A stretch of DNA of 64,000 nucleotides from Solirubrobacterales bacterium (GTDB lineage: Bacteria; Actinomycetota; Thermoleophilia; Solirubrobacterales; 70-9): contig JBOGZC010000003.1 of the NCBI GenBank assembly GCA_050697075.1, positions 846-64,845 of the forward strand, given 5' to 3'. The position numbers and the translations under genes are program-made. Numbering within the stretch: position 1 is the first letter of the stretch; every line of letters starts with the position of its first letter. Of this stretch, positions 17,786 through 26,166 are shown piece by piece. Below the pieces are notes generated by a model. That model made no database searches. It was not told the origin of the DNA and saw only the letters and a list, made by a program, of their open reading frames with translations.

Positions 17786-17791
17786 TAGAGT
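17786..17791 (+). promoter_or_regulatory. -10 box TAGAGT, 6 nt upstream of GTG 17798 (leaderless)
   Basis: See 14114. Confidence 0.45.
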
Positions 17792-17797
17792 GGACCC

Positions 17798-18334
17798 GTG
17801 TTCAGACGGCTAGCGATCCTCGGGGCGGGGGGGGTGTTGATCGTCAGCGTGCTCGCCGTAATCACAATCGGGTCCGCTACTGGCGACAGCGGTCGGGCGG
17901 AGAAGGCGCACGGTTATTACCACCGGGCGCTAGTGGGGGCCCATGGCCGCTTCATCAAGGCCGACGGCCCGCTGCCGGACTCGTGCATCGCCCCAAGACA
18001 TGGGCAATTCGTTTGTGACGGAGTGGGCGTTCTTCTCACCCGCCCCCGACCCTTCCTGCCTGTTCGAGCAAGCTCGCGGGTCTCGATGCAGTTCTTTCAC
18101 AACCGGCGGCTTCGAGACCGGCCCCACCGAGTAATCGCCTATCTCCTGCGGTTCCATAGACATCGCAGCCCGGGTTCCGGGATTGCAGCGCTGGAGGCTC
18201 ACCGCACCGTGGGTCATTGGCACTGGCGCTTCCGGCTTCCACACAACCTTCATGGCGGGAACGTGCTCAGTATCAAAACCAGGCTCCAGCGCGGGGGACA
18301 GGCCCACTACTTCGTTGGCCTCAAGCCGGGCTGA
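17798..18334 (+). CDS. secreted hypothetical protein, LRRLAILGAG family member 3
   Basis: (V)FRRLAILGAGGVLIVSVLA N-terminus. Confidence 0.55.
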   Translation: MFRRLAILGAGGVLIVSVLAVITIGSATGDSGRAEKAHGYYHRALVGAHGRFIKADGPLPDSCIAPRHGQFVCDGVGVLLTRPRPFLPVRASSRVSMQFFHNRRLRDRPHRVIAYLLRFHRHRSPGSGIAALEAHRTVGHWHWRFRLPHNLHGGNVLSIKTRLQRGGQAHYFVGLKPG

Positions 18335-18339
18335 GGACC
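18317..18339. repeat. 23-nt repeat GGCCTCAAGCCGGGCTGAGGACC, copy 2
   Basis: Identical to 11883..11905. Confidence 0.75.
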
Positions 18340-18348
18340 TCCGCTGAT

Positions 18349-18354
18349 TACACT
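18349..18354 (+). promoter_or_regulatory. -10 box TACACT, 6 nt upstream of GTG 18361 (leaderless)
   Basis: GATTACACTGGCTCCGTGAAGCCGAT parallels 20637. Confidence 0.45.
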
Positions 18355-18360
18355 GGCTCC

Positions 18361-19316
18361 GTGAAGCCGATTCGGGGAGGTCTGCTTCTAGGAGTTGCCG
18401 TCCTGTTCGCCCTCGCGCCTGCCTTGGCCGCGTACCCGGGAGCTAACGGACGGATTGCATACGCGGGCCACGTGGGGTTCGGTGAAGACGATGAGATCTT
18501 CACGATCCTGCCGAACGGCCCCGGCGTGAAGCAGCTGACGGACAACTCGGTTGCCGACTGGACTCCCTCGTGGTCGGCGAGCGGGCGCCATCTCGCGTTC
18601 ACCAGAGGGATCGCCCTCTACTCGCGACAGGTCTACACGATGGGCGCCGAAGGACAAGGGGTGACCCGGGTCACCCATGACAACGGCGATGACAACCACC
18701 CGTCCTTCTCCCCGAACGGCCGCTGGATCGCCTACTCGAAGGACAACCTCTCGACCGCCGGGCCGAACAACGCGCGGCGGGTCTCGATCTTCACCATCCG
18801 CCCAACGGCACGGATAAGCGCCTGCTTGTTCACGGCGGCTCGGCCGGATCTCCGAGTACTCGCCGGACGGGAGCCGCCTGGTGTTCCACGGCCGTCCCCA
18901 GGGCCGAGTGAAGTACGGCATCTGGACCGTCCGCAGCGACGGTACCCACCTTCGCCGCCTCACGAATCCGGGAAAGATCGGCGACCCCCGACTGGAGCCC
19001 CGACGGGCGCCACATCGCCTTTCTGCGATGCGATCTGAACAGCACCCACGGCTGCGACGGGAGCGTCTACCGGATGCGGGCCCATGGCTCCTATGAGCGC
19101 GCGGTCCGCGCGATCTCCGGGGAGGTCGCCCCGGTGTATGCGCCCACCGGGCGGAGCATCGTGCTGACCGCCTTCTTGCACGAGGACTCGTGCAGCGACC
19201 TCTACACGATGTCTCTCACCGGCTCGAACCGCAGCTTCATCACGGACAACTGCAACGAGCCGAGTGCAGGGCGAACCGCGGCTCAGCCCAGCTGGCAGCC
19301 GCTACCCACGCCCTGA
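18361..19316 (+). pseudogene. TolB-like (PD40/WD40-like) beta-propeller protein with at least 3 frameshifts
   Basis: The reading frame switches among three frames (18361.., 18881.., 19074..). The repeat logic (SPDG..IAF, SPNGRWIAYS, YSPDGSRLVF, DWSPDGRHIAF) and the SWQP C-terminus are conserved with 20652..21659. Confidence 0.65.
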
Positions 19317-19389
19317 CGAGCCCGCTTGCCCGGCCCAATTGCGCCCGATCGGCCTGGACAACCGTTGGAAAGGGTGGAAAATCGGCCTT

Positions 19390-20610
19390 GTGAAAGGTCG
19401 TCTCGTGGGCGCGCTCTGCGCCGCGTGCGTGCTTTTGATGGGCTGTGGGGGCGGCAACTCGACAAGCAGCTCCCCGGGTGCTACTGCTGGTTCAACCGAA
19501 GCCGGAACGGGTGCTCCTCGCGCCCCCGCCTGCCATGCGCGGGACTTCGAGGTGAGCCAGTCGCAGGGCGCCGGATTGGGTACGACCTACCTGGGCCTCA
19601 AGCTGCGTAACGTCACATCAGCGACCTGCCTGCTCGATCGAGCACTCCGGGCTCAGCTGATCGGGCCAGGCGGAGGCGTCCTGCTCGCCAGCAAGCGGAA
19701 CCCGAGCACGGTTCGCTCACTCACTCTGGCTCCCAACGAGGTGGCGCTGGTGACGATTGGATGGAGCAACTGGTGTCGTAGGACCGACGGCCCGTTTCGC
19801 ACCCGGGTCGTTCTGCCCACTGGCGGCGGCAACCTTCTGACGAAAAGCTTCGGGCCCGCGAGTTGCGTTGGGCCAGCCTCCGAGCCCTCCAAGCTGTTCA
19901 TCTCTGGCATGGAGCGACCGTCTGCGCACAGCGCGAACACCGCCCCCGCCTCGGCGGGGGCAGCTCAGCATCGGGCGTGCGCCTCTGGAGGTGGTTCCCT
20001 CGTTGGCGATGTAGACGGGGATGGGAAGGCCGATCGAGTCGCGATCGTCGGCAGCCCGGCCCAATCAAACGGTTGCGTCTACGGGCTCGTAGTCCGTACC
20101 GGCAGTGGAAAGCGGCGATATGGACTGGGGACCCGGACCTACGCCCGACCGCCGCCCGAGGCGCCGCAACTCGACGCCCTTGCGCGGATCGACCGGCGGG
20201 CCGGACTCGAGATCGTCGTTGACCTCTGGCAGGGGGCCTCGACCCGGTTCGCGGGGGTGTTCACGTTGAGCTCGGGGAGGCTGGTGATGATGTCGGGTCA
20301 AACCGCACCGCCTGACACTCCGGAAGGGCGAGGCTTCCCGTACGCGGGGAGCGTCACCCACCAGGACGGCGTTGATTGCTCCGGCGGCGCGGGCAGCGGG
20401 CTCATCGTGGCGAGCGGGGCCGCTGGCTTCAACGGCAAGCAGTGGAAGGTGACCAGGCGCTTCTATCGCGCGGCGGCCAGCGGCCTCGTTGAACTTCCGT
20501 CCCGTACCCAGCGGGTCCATGTCCCTTACCGGATCGGGAACAACCTCTCCGGACGGTTCCCGGAATTCGCTGACCGGCCATTCCCGAGCTGCACCGAGGC
20601 AACGCCCTGA
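19390..20610 (+). CDS. lipoprotein with a DUF4232-like domain and an FG-GAP/VCBS-like C-terminal part
   Basis: VKGRLVGALCAACVLLMGCGG lipobox. C..RDF.V...QGAGLGT.YL.L.L.N....C.L pattern. GDVDGDGKADRVAIV. Confidence 0.65.
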   Translation: MKGRLVGALCAACVLLMGCGGGNSTSSSPGATAGSTEAGTGAPRAPACHARDFEVSQSQGAGLGTTYLGLKLRNVTSATCLLDRALRAQLIGPGGGVLLASKRNPSTVRSLTLAPNEVALVTIGWSNWCRRTDGPFRTRVVLPTGGGNLLTKSFGPASCVGPASEPSKLFISGMERPSAHSANTAPASAGAAQHRACASGGGSLVGDVDGDGKADRVAIVGSPAQSNGCVYGLVVRTGSGKRRYGLGTRTYARPPPEAPQLDALARIDRRAGLEIVVDLWQGASTRFAGVFTLSSGRLVMMSGQTAPPDTPEGRGFPYAGSVTHQDGVDCSGGAGSGLIVASGAAGFNGKQWKVTRRFYRAAASGLVELPSRTQRVHVPYRIGNNLSGRFPEFADRPFPSCTEATP

Positions 20611-20639
20611 CTCGTTTGGGGCTACCCGCCCGCGAGATT

Positions 20640-20645
20640 TACACT
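20640..20645 (+). promoter_or_regulatory. -10 box TACACT, 6 nt upstream of GTG 20652 (leaderless)
   Basis: GATTTACACTCGCTCCGTGAAGCCGAT. Confidence 0.45.
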
Positions 20646-20651
20646 CGCTCC

Positions 20652-21659
20652 GTGAAGCCGATACGGGGAGGTCTGCTTCTGGCCCTCGTGGTTCTCGTCG
20701 GGGTGGCGATGTTCCCGGCGATCTCGCGGGCAACGTATCCGGGTGGGAAGGGGTTGATCGCCTACTCGGAGTCCACCCCGTACGCAGACAATCCGGGGGA
20801 TCGCGCCTCGGACATCTTCAGCGCGTCCCCGAGCGGAGGCGCCCCGCTCCAGCTCACGAACAATTCGGTAGCTGATGTGACGCCTGCCTGGTCGGCGGAC
20901 GGGCGGAGAATCGCCTTCAGCCGCTGGGATGCGCGGAAGCGCGATCGTGAGGTCTGGACGATGGATGCCAGCGGGCAGCATCGACGCCGCGTTACTCACA
21001 CTCGCGCAAACGAGACGGACCCGTTCTTCTCGCCGAGCGGCGGACGGATCATCATCGCTCGGAGTATTCGTCGCGGAGCATCAAGCGGCGGCAATATCGT
21101 CAGCATCCGAACGGATGGAGGCGCTGCTGTTCACCTCGTGAACAGCGGCCATCGCTCATCTGAGCCGACGTTCTCACCGGACGGCAGATGGGTCGCCTTC
21201 AGCGGCGCGGCGAGCAAGACCGGAAACAAGGCCGGGGTGTGGGTCATGCACCGTGATGGCTCTCATGCGCGACTGGTTGCGCGAAACCACCAAGAGGGCT
21301 CCCGCTCCATTTTCTATAGCACCCCCGATTTCAGTCCGGACGACTCCCGCATCGCCTTCCAGCGCTTCATATCCGACGACTCCAGCAGCGCCGCGAGCAG
21401 ACTTGATGTGATCGTCTCCCGCCCGAGACCAGGCGCGTCGCGGCGGAAGATCGCGGGCCTGGAGCAGCCCGCCTTCTCACCGGACGGCACCCGGCTCGCG
21501 GGAGTTCGCACCTTATACGGCCCGCTGCCGTTCGCTGATCCCGAGGCGAGCAAGATCGTCACCGTTGCCCGAGGCGGCGGGCAGGCCCAGGACGTGACGC
21601 CCGAGGCCGAAGGAACCTTCGACTCACAGCCAAGCTGGCAGCCGACACCTCCTGGCTGA
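20652..21659 (+). CDS. TolB-like (PD40) beta-propeller periplasmic protein
   Basis: VKPIRGGLLLALVVLVGVAMFPA signal. Repeats TPAWSADGRRIAFS, DPFFSPSGGRI, EPTFSPDGRWVAFS, PDFSPDDSRIAF, PAFSPDGTRLA. Confidence 0.75.
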   Translation: MKPIRGGLLLALVVLVGVAMFPAISRATYPGGKGLIAYSESTPYADNPGDRASDIFSASPSGGAPLQLTNNSVADVTPAWSADGRRIAFSRWDARKRDREVWTMDASGQHRRRVTHTRANETDPFFSPSGGRIIIARSIRRGASSGGNIVSIRTDGGAAVHLVNSGHRSSEPTFSPDGRWVAFSGAASKTGNKAGVWVMHRDGSHARLVARNHQEGSRSIFYSTPDFSPDDSRIAFQRFISDDSSSAASRLDVIVSRPRPGASRRKIAGLEQPAFSPDGTRLAGVRTLYGPLPFADPEASKIVTVARGGGQAQDVTPEAEGTFDSQPSWQPTPPG

Positions 21660-21683
21660 GGCAGTACGCCTCCCCCACCCTGA

Positions 21684-21750
21684 AGATCTCTGGGGACCCA
21701 ACCCGGAGCCCATGGTGGGTTCCCATTGATGGATCGTTCCAAGTAACCCC
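21684..21750. repeat. diverged member of the 55-bp repeat family
   Basis: GATCTCTGGGGACCCAACCCGGAGCCCATGGTGGGTTCCCATTGATGGA. Same position relative to a TolB-like stop as 13406. Confidence 0.5.
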
Positions 21751-21771
21751 ACCCGCCGTTCGGGCAAGGAC

Positions 21772-22716
21772 CTAATAGGAACACCTCGTCTTAGAGAAAC
21801 CGGCACGTTCAGCCAACCGCCTAGCGTGTGAAAACACCTGCCCGAGCTGGTCGCCGTTGCGATACAGCAATAGCGTCGGGGTGCGAAGGACTCGCTCAAG
21901 CCCGCGGTCGGCGGCCGAGGCAACCTGCTCCGCAGCGTGAGTTCCATACCGCCTGAGGCGCCGGACTGCGATCCGGATGTTGGGGGCAAAGCTCCTCCGC
22001 GCGACGCTCATGATGCTGGTGCCTCTGTTTGCACGGCCGGATTGGCTGATCGACGCAAGCGCCTCTCCTCCGTCCAGGTGCAGGGCGCGTGTCGTGAAAC
22101 AGACGCTCGGTCGCTTCGCAAGATACGCGGCGTCTGCGGATGCGCTTGGTGTCCTGGACGGCGGCCGGGGTCCTGCGCCGGGGGCGCCCGTAAGGCACTG
22201 ATTCGTCTTGCAGTCTGTCTCTAACCGGATCGTGAAGGTGAGCGTCACGTCGCCCGCTTGCCCGGTGATCCTCCAGCAACCCTGAGTCGGGAAGATGACC
22301 GTGCTCGCCAGGAAGCTGCCGCTGGAATCGATGGCCTCGTTGACTGCGGCGCGGAGAGGGGGAGCGGGGCCATCCAGTCGTTCGCCGCTAACCCGAAGCT
22401 GTTTTCCGCTGACGGCCTCCCACCAAGGGATCTTCTTCGAGTAGGACCCATCCGGGTTGATCCCATCGGGGTGCTTGTATGTCGGCAGCAAGACCCACAA
22501 CCGGCCGTTGCCGTAGAAGTTGGGCTCGTGATGGCGCGGCGGGGCGTTCCCGTTCGGCAGCGTGACCGGGCAGCTCGCGAGCGTGTTCCCTGGGGCAGGA
22601 CCGGAGGTCTTGCCACTCGTCGCCTGATCTCCGGGCGATCCTCCGCCACAGGCGATCAAGAGGGTGGAGACTGCAAGGGCGAGCGCAGTGAGTTGCACCG
22701 CCCTGACAGTCCCCAT
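21772..22716 (-). CDS. lipoprotein; the last ~60 codons look like a thioredoxin-fold remnant
   Basis: LLIACGGGSPG lipobox. Tail ...RTPTLLLYRNGDQLGQV resembles the thioredoxin C-terminus. Last gene of the sigma/anti-sigma operon. Confidence 0.5.
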   Translation of the reverse strand: MGTVRAVQLTALALAVSTLLIACGGGSPGDQATSGKTSGPAPGNTLASCPVTLPNGNAPPRHHEPNFYGNGRLWVLLPTYKHPDGINPDGSYSKKIPWWEAVSGKQLRVSGERLDGPAPPLRAAVNEAIDSSGSFLASTVIFPTQGCWRITGQAGDVTLTFTIRLETDCKTNQCLTGAPGAGPRPPSRTPSASADAAYLAKRPSVCFTTRALHLDGGEALASISQSGRANRGTSIMSVARRSFAPNIRIAVRRLRRYGTHAAEQVASAADRGLERVLRTPTLLLYRNGDQLGQVFSHARRLAERAGFSKTRCSY

Positions 22717-22774
22717 CAGCGGCCACCGGGGTCAAGCATCGCCCGGACGCGCCCGACCCGGTCAGCCGGTGCGG

Positions 22775-24079
22775 TCAACGAGCGCAGCACCATCCGAGGG
22801 GCTGCGGGAACGCGGCTCTGCCTGACGTACCGGGTGCGAACTGGCGGGCGACGTTCGACACCGCACTGATGTGCTGGTTGCCCGTGTTTCGAGTCGGTCG
22901 CATAAACAACCACTGATCGGCCTCCCGCCAGGCCACCAGCAGCGATCGCCCGTTGGGGGACCAGGCAATCCGGCCCAGGGTTCCGGGGACGGTGAGCAAC
23001 AGGGATTGGACCTTGTGTGGCCGATCAGGCCGCACAAGAACGACTTGACTCGTTTTCGTTTGGCCAAGGCCCGTCAGCTTCGTCCCAGTCTCGCTCAGTC
23101 GGACCCGTCCGCCACCGCTATCGACTACGCCCCCGCCGCCACTTCGAGTCTCGACCACGGCCAGGGTCCTACCGCGGGGGGCAAATGACGCGCTCGCCGG
23201 GTTGACCCCCTCCGGGCTCTTGGCACTCACAAGTCGCCGTCCGTCAGAGGCGAATAGTCGCCAACCACCAGAATCGAGTGCCAGCAAGCGCTCGCCGTCG
23301 GCCGACCACTCCAGGAGCTTCGGCGTCGGCCCCGGCGCGGAACCCCAGAGGACCTTCTGGGAATCCGTGTTGAGAAGCTCCACGCGACCATCGGGAGTGG
23401 CGAAGGCGATCAGGTGGGTCCCGACACCGCTTGCGCTCGCGCGAAGGACGGCTGGCCCGATCGGCTTCCACGCCGGTGCGACGCGAGCGACATGTGGCTC
23501 GATCCGCTGATCGCCCGTTCCGTCGCCAGCCACGACCCGCAGCGCGGACCCACTCAGGTAGGCGACTCGATAGCCCGACGGCGACCAGCGGGCATCGCTC
23601 ACCCGGTGGCGGCGGACGAGCGACCAATGGGGCGTGCCATCTGGGGCAATGGCGCTCAGCTGCCGACCGTGCGTCACCGCAACATAGAGCCCGTGTGGTG
23701 ACCAGGTGGCATCCGTGTAGTTGCCGAGGAAACGCATCGAGCCGTCCTCGGAGACCACCCATGCACCGCTCCCCGACCTGACCAAAAGGCGGCCGGGTGC
23801 GGGGAGTGACGTGAGGGCTCGCTTCGTTGCATGATGGCCCACGCCGGTCACATCCTTGAAGAGGTTGGCGACCTTGGCCCCGGCCGGGCTGAGGCCAATC
23901 GCCAGAACCAATAGGCCGACGACGACCGCGATCATGAGCCGCCCGGTGCGAAGACGGTGTGGCATGGGCTCGTGGGATTCGAAGGCACCACGGACAACGC
24001 GCCATGCCCGCTCCTCGGCTTCTTGCTCGTCGGGAATGGGTGCGCGACGGAGGCTCTCGCCGAGGCGTCGCTCGTTCAC
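22775..24079 (-). CDS. anti-sigma factor-like membrane protein with a periplasmic beta-propeller
   Basis: GTGA overlap with the sigma gene. Short cytoplasmic N-terminus, one TM (LMIAVVVGLLVLAIGL), then WSPxG repeats. Confidence 0.7.
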   Translation of the reverse strand: MNERRLGESLRRAPIPDEQEAEERAWRVVRGAFESHEPMPHRLRTGRLMIAVVVGLLVLAIGLSPAGAKVANLFKDVTGVGHHATKRALTSLPAPGRLLVRSGSGAWVVSEDGSMRFLGNYTDATWSPHGLYVAVTHGRQLSAIAPDGTPHWSLVRRHRVSDARWSPSGYRVAYLSGSALRVVAGDGTGDQRIEPHVARVAPAWKPIGPAVLRASASGVGTHLIAFATPDGRVELLNTDSQKVLWGSAPGPTPKLLEWSADGERLLALDSGGWRLFASDGRRLVSAKSPEGVNPASASFAPRGRTLAVVETRSGGGGVVDSGGGRVRLSETGTKLTGLGQTKTSQVVLVRPDRPHKVQSLLLTVPGTLGRIAWSPNGRSLLVAWREADQWLFMRPTRNTGNQHISAVSNVARQFAPGTSGRAAFPQPLGWCCAR

Positions 24080-24744
24080 GGCCGCTCGCCTCCCAGCCGG
24101 ACCTCTAACCGATCCAGCGCCCGACGTAAGCGCGAGTTGACGGTGCCCCGAGGGAGGCCCAGCATCTCAGCGATTTCGCCCGGGGTGCATTCGAGTAGGT
24201 AGCGAAGGACAACCACCGCACGGTGCTCGGGAGAAAGAGATGTGAGGGCCGCGAGGATCTCCTCGGAGTAGGGATGGCCCGAAGCGGGTTCGGGATCACG
24301 TCGTGGCTCAAGGTGGGCCTCGGGCTCGATCTGGGACTCCTTGCGAAGTGCCCGGGCGCGGGCCCAATCAATCGCCCTGTTGACGACGATTCGGTTTAGC
24401 CAGGAGCCGAAGGGGCGGCGCCGGTCGAACCGATCCAGTGCGCGCACGGCGGCGAGAAATGACTCCTGGGCGATGTCCTCGGCGGCGGCCGCGTCGTGGA
24501 CGACGAAGTAGGCGGCGCGGTGTGCGAGCGGCCAGTGGTTGCGATAGAGGGTCTCAATCGCTTCCTCAGACCCCGCTTGGGCGGCCCGGATCAGACGCCG
24601 CTCCTGGCGCTCAGCAACCCGGCCTCGCGCCCCGGACTCTCGGCGAGCGCCGATCCGCGCGGCGATGGTTTCAGCGGCCCCGTTAGCCAAGCTCGCTCCC
24701 CCTCCAGCCCCCGCAGGCGCCGGGGCTGGAGCTGATGGCCGCAT
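24076..24744 (-). CDS. ECF-family RNA polymerase sigma-70 factor
   Basis: Region 2: AEDIAQESFLAAVRALDRFDRRRPFGSWLNRIVVNRAIDWAR. Region 4: EHRAVVVLRYLLECTPGEIAEMLGLPRGTVNSRLRRALDRL. Start uncertain. Confidence 0.85.
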   Translation of the reverse strand: MRPSAPAPAPAGAGGGASLANGAAETIAARIGARRESGARGRVAERQERRLIRAAQAGSEEAIETLYRNHWPLAHRAAYFVVHDAAAAEDIAQESFLAAVRALDRFDRRRPFGSWLNRIVVNRAIDWARARALRKESQIEPEAHLEPRRDPEPASGHPYSEEILAALTSLSPEHRAVVVLRYLLECTPGEIAEMLGLPRGTVNSRLRRALDRLEVRLGGERP

Positions 24745-24827
24745 TGTCCTCCCAAACGCCCATACCGGGAACATCAATGAACTACGAAGCCCGGGCTCCA
24801 TGCGGTCCCTCATGCCTGAGGTGAGGC

Positions 24828-25478
24828 TCAATACCCGCCCCACTCCCACTGCACCTCGGCTACAGGCCCGGGAGCATTGGCGGGCTTCCTACTCACGCAT
24901 CGCACGAACAGGGTCGGTCCGCCGTAATACGCCTGGGTGCAGGAATAGGCGTCCACGTTGCACTGCTCGCCCTTCGGGCACGAGTTGAGGAGACGATGCG
25001 CGTTGTTGACCAACGCGAGGGCCTCTCCGCAATGCGCGAGCGTCGCGCGGATGCCCTTCGCCTGACGAGGGCCGCCAGTGAACTCAACGCTGCCTCCGCA
25101 ATGAGTGGCTCCGCGAGTCGTCGGCGGATTCCCCGCTCGCGGCCTGGCGCTGATCGTCAGCGTCACCTCGCTTCCCTTTGCGAACCGGGACCCTGGAGCC
25201 GGATACTGCGTGGTCACGGTCCCGGGGGTGGCTGAATTCGGCGCTGCCAGGTAGGAGAGCTTGAACCCGGCACGACGGAGGATCGCCGCGGCGTCGGCCT
25301 GCCGCCTGTCGATCACACTCGGCATCCTGATCACGGAGCTGCTCGTCGTGGTCACGGTTGTGGTCGAGGCCCCTCCGCACGCCGTAATGCCCATGGCCGC
25401 AGCCACCAGGATTCCCAGCACAAGCACGGAGCGTCGCTTGTGGCCTTGCCGCGGGCGGTTGATGGGGGTCTCCCTCAC
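24828..25478 (-). CDS. lipoprotein: PASTA domain plus a Cys-rich W-x-W-G-G-Y C-terminal module
   Basis: Lipobox GITACGG. PASTA-like MPSVIDRRQADAAAILRRAGFKL...PGTVTTQYPAPG...GSEVTLTISA. Tail ...EVQWEWGGY. Confidence 0.7.
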   Translation of the reverse strand: MRETPINRPRQGHKRRSVLVLGILVAAAMGITACGGASTTTVTTTSSSVIRMPSVIDRRQADAAAILRRAGFKLSYLAAPNSATPGTVTTQYPAPGSRFAKGSEVTLTISARPRAGNPPTTRGATHCGGSVEFTGGPRQAKGIRATLAHCGEALALVNNAHRLLNSCPKGEQCNVDAYSCTQAYYGGPTLFVRCVSRKPANAPGPVAEVQWEWGGY

Positions 25479-25485
25479 GCCGCCT

Positions 25486-26097
25486 CTAGGAGTTCAGATG
25501 CACCGCGCCCAGACGAAGGCGATCGAGGATCAGCCTGGCGTCTCGACGAACTATTGGCGGGGCGTCCTTGCCAATCACAACCCCGACCCCGAAGTAGCGG
25601 TGGCGTTGTCTGAAGTTGATGATCTCTTCGTAGGCGTGGGGGTTAACAGGGCCTACGCTTCCGTTTGACCATTTAGGTCGAAACGTCTTTGGCCGCGGGT
25701 GAGTGTGCGCCATGACCGTTGGGTTGGCCCCGCCAACGAAGACCGTGACGAAGGCGCCGCGTGAACCAACTTCCCTGATCTCCTGGGGCTGGAGGTATCC
25801 GCACCCCGTCCCTGGGGGCTCGCGTCGGGGTCGGAACGTCGCAGCGGTAAAGATCTGACGCGGCACAATGAGCGTCGGCTGGAGGTTCGGGGGTCCACGA
25901 TGCCAAGAGGACGGCACGCTTCCGCGAAGACCGGTCTGAGGATCAGAGAGTGACCTCCAGTCGGGCGTCGGCTGGCCGCCGTTTGACCTGTCTCCTTGAG
26001 CCAGAATGGCTCCCGCCGCAAACGCCGCCAACACAAGACCAGCAACGAGAAGCAGCAACCTTGGTCGCGGAGTTCGGCGGAAGTGCATCGGACTCAA
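25486..26097 (-). CDS. secreted or membrane-anchored hypothetical protein
   Basis: RLLLLVAGLVLAAFAAGAILA anchor. 203 aa. Confidence 0.55.
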   Translation of the reverse strand: MSPMHFRRTPRPRLLLLVAGLVLAAFAAGAILAQGDRSNGGQPTPDWRSLSDPQTGLRGSVPSSWHRGPPNLQPTLIVPRQIFTAATFRPRREPPGTGCGYLQPQEIREVGSRGAFVTVFVGGANPTVMAHTHPRPKTFRPKWSNGSVGPVNPHAYEEIINFRQRHRYFGVGVVIGKDAPPIVRRDARLILDRLRLGAVHLNS

Positions 26098-26166
26098 TAC
26101 GGCGCCGATCCCCTCCGAGGTCCGAGAAGGATGGACCGCTAGTGCGAGGCGGTTCGTACGAGAGTC

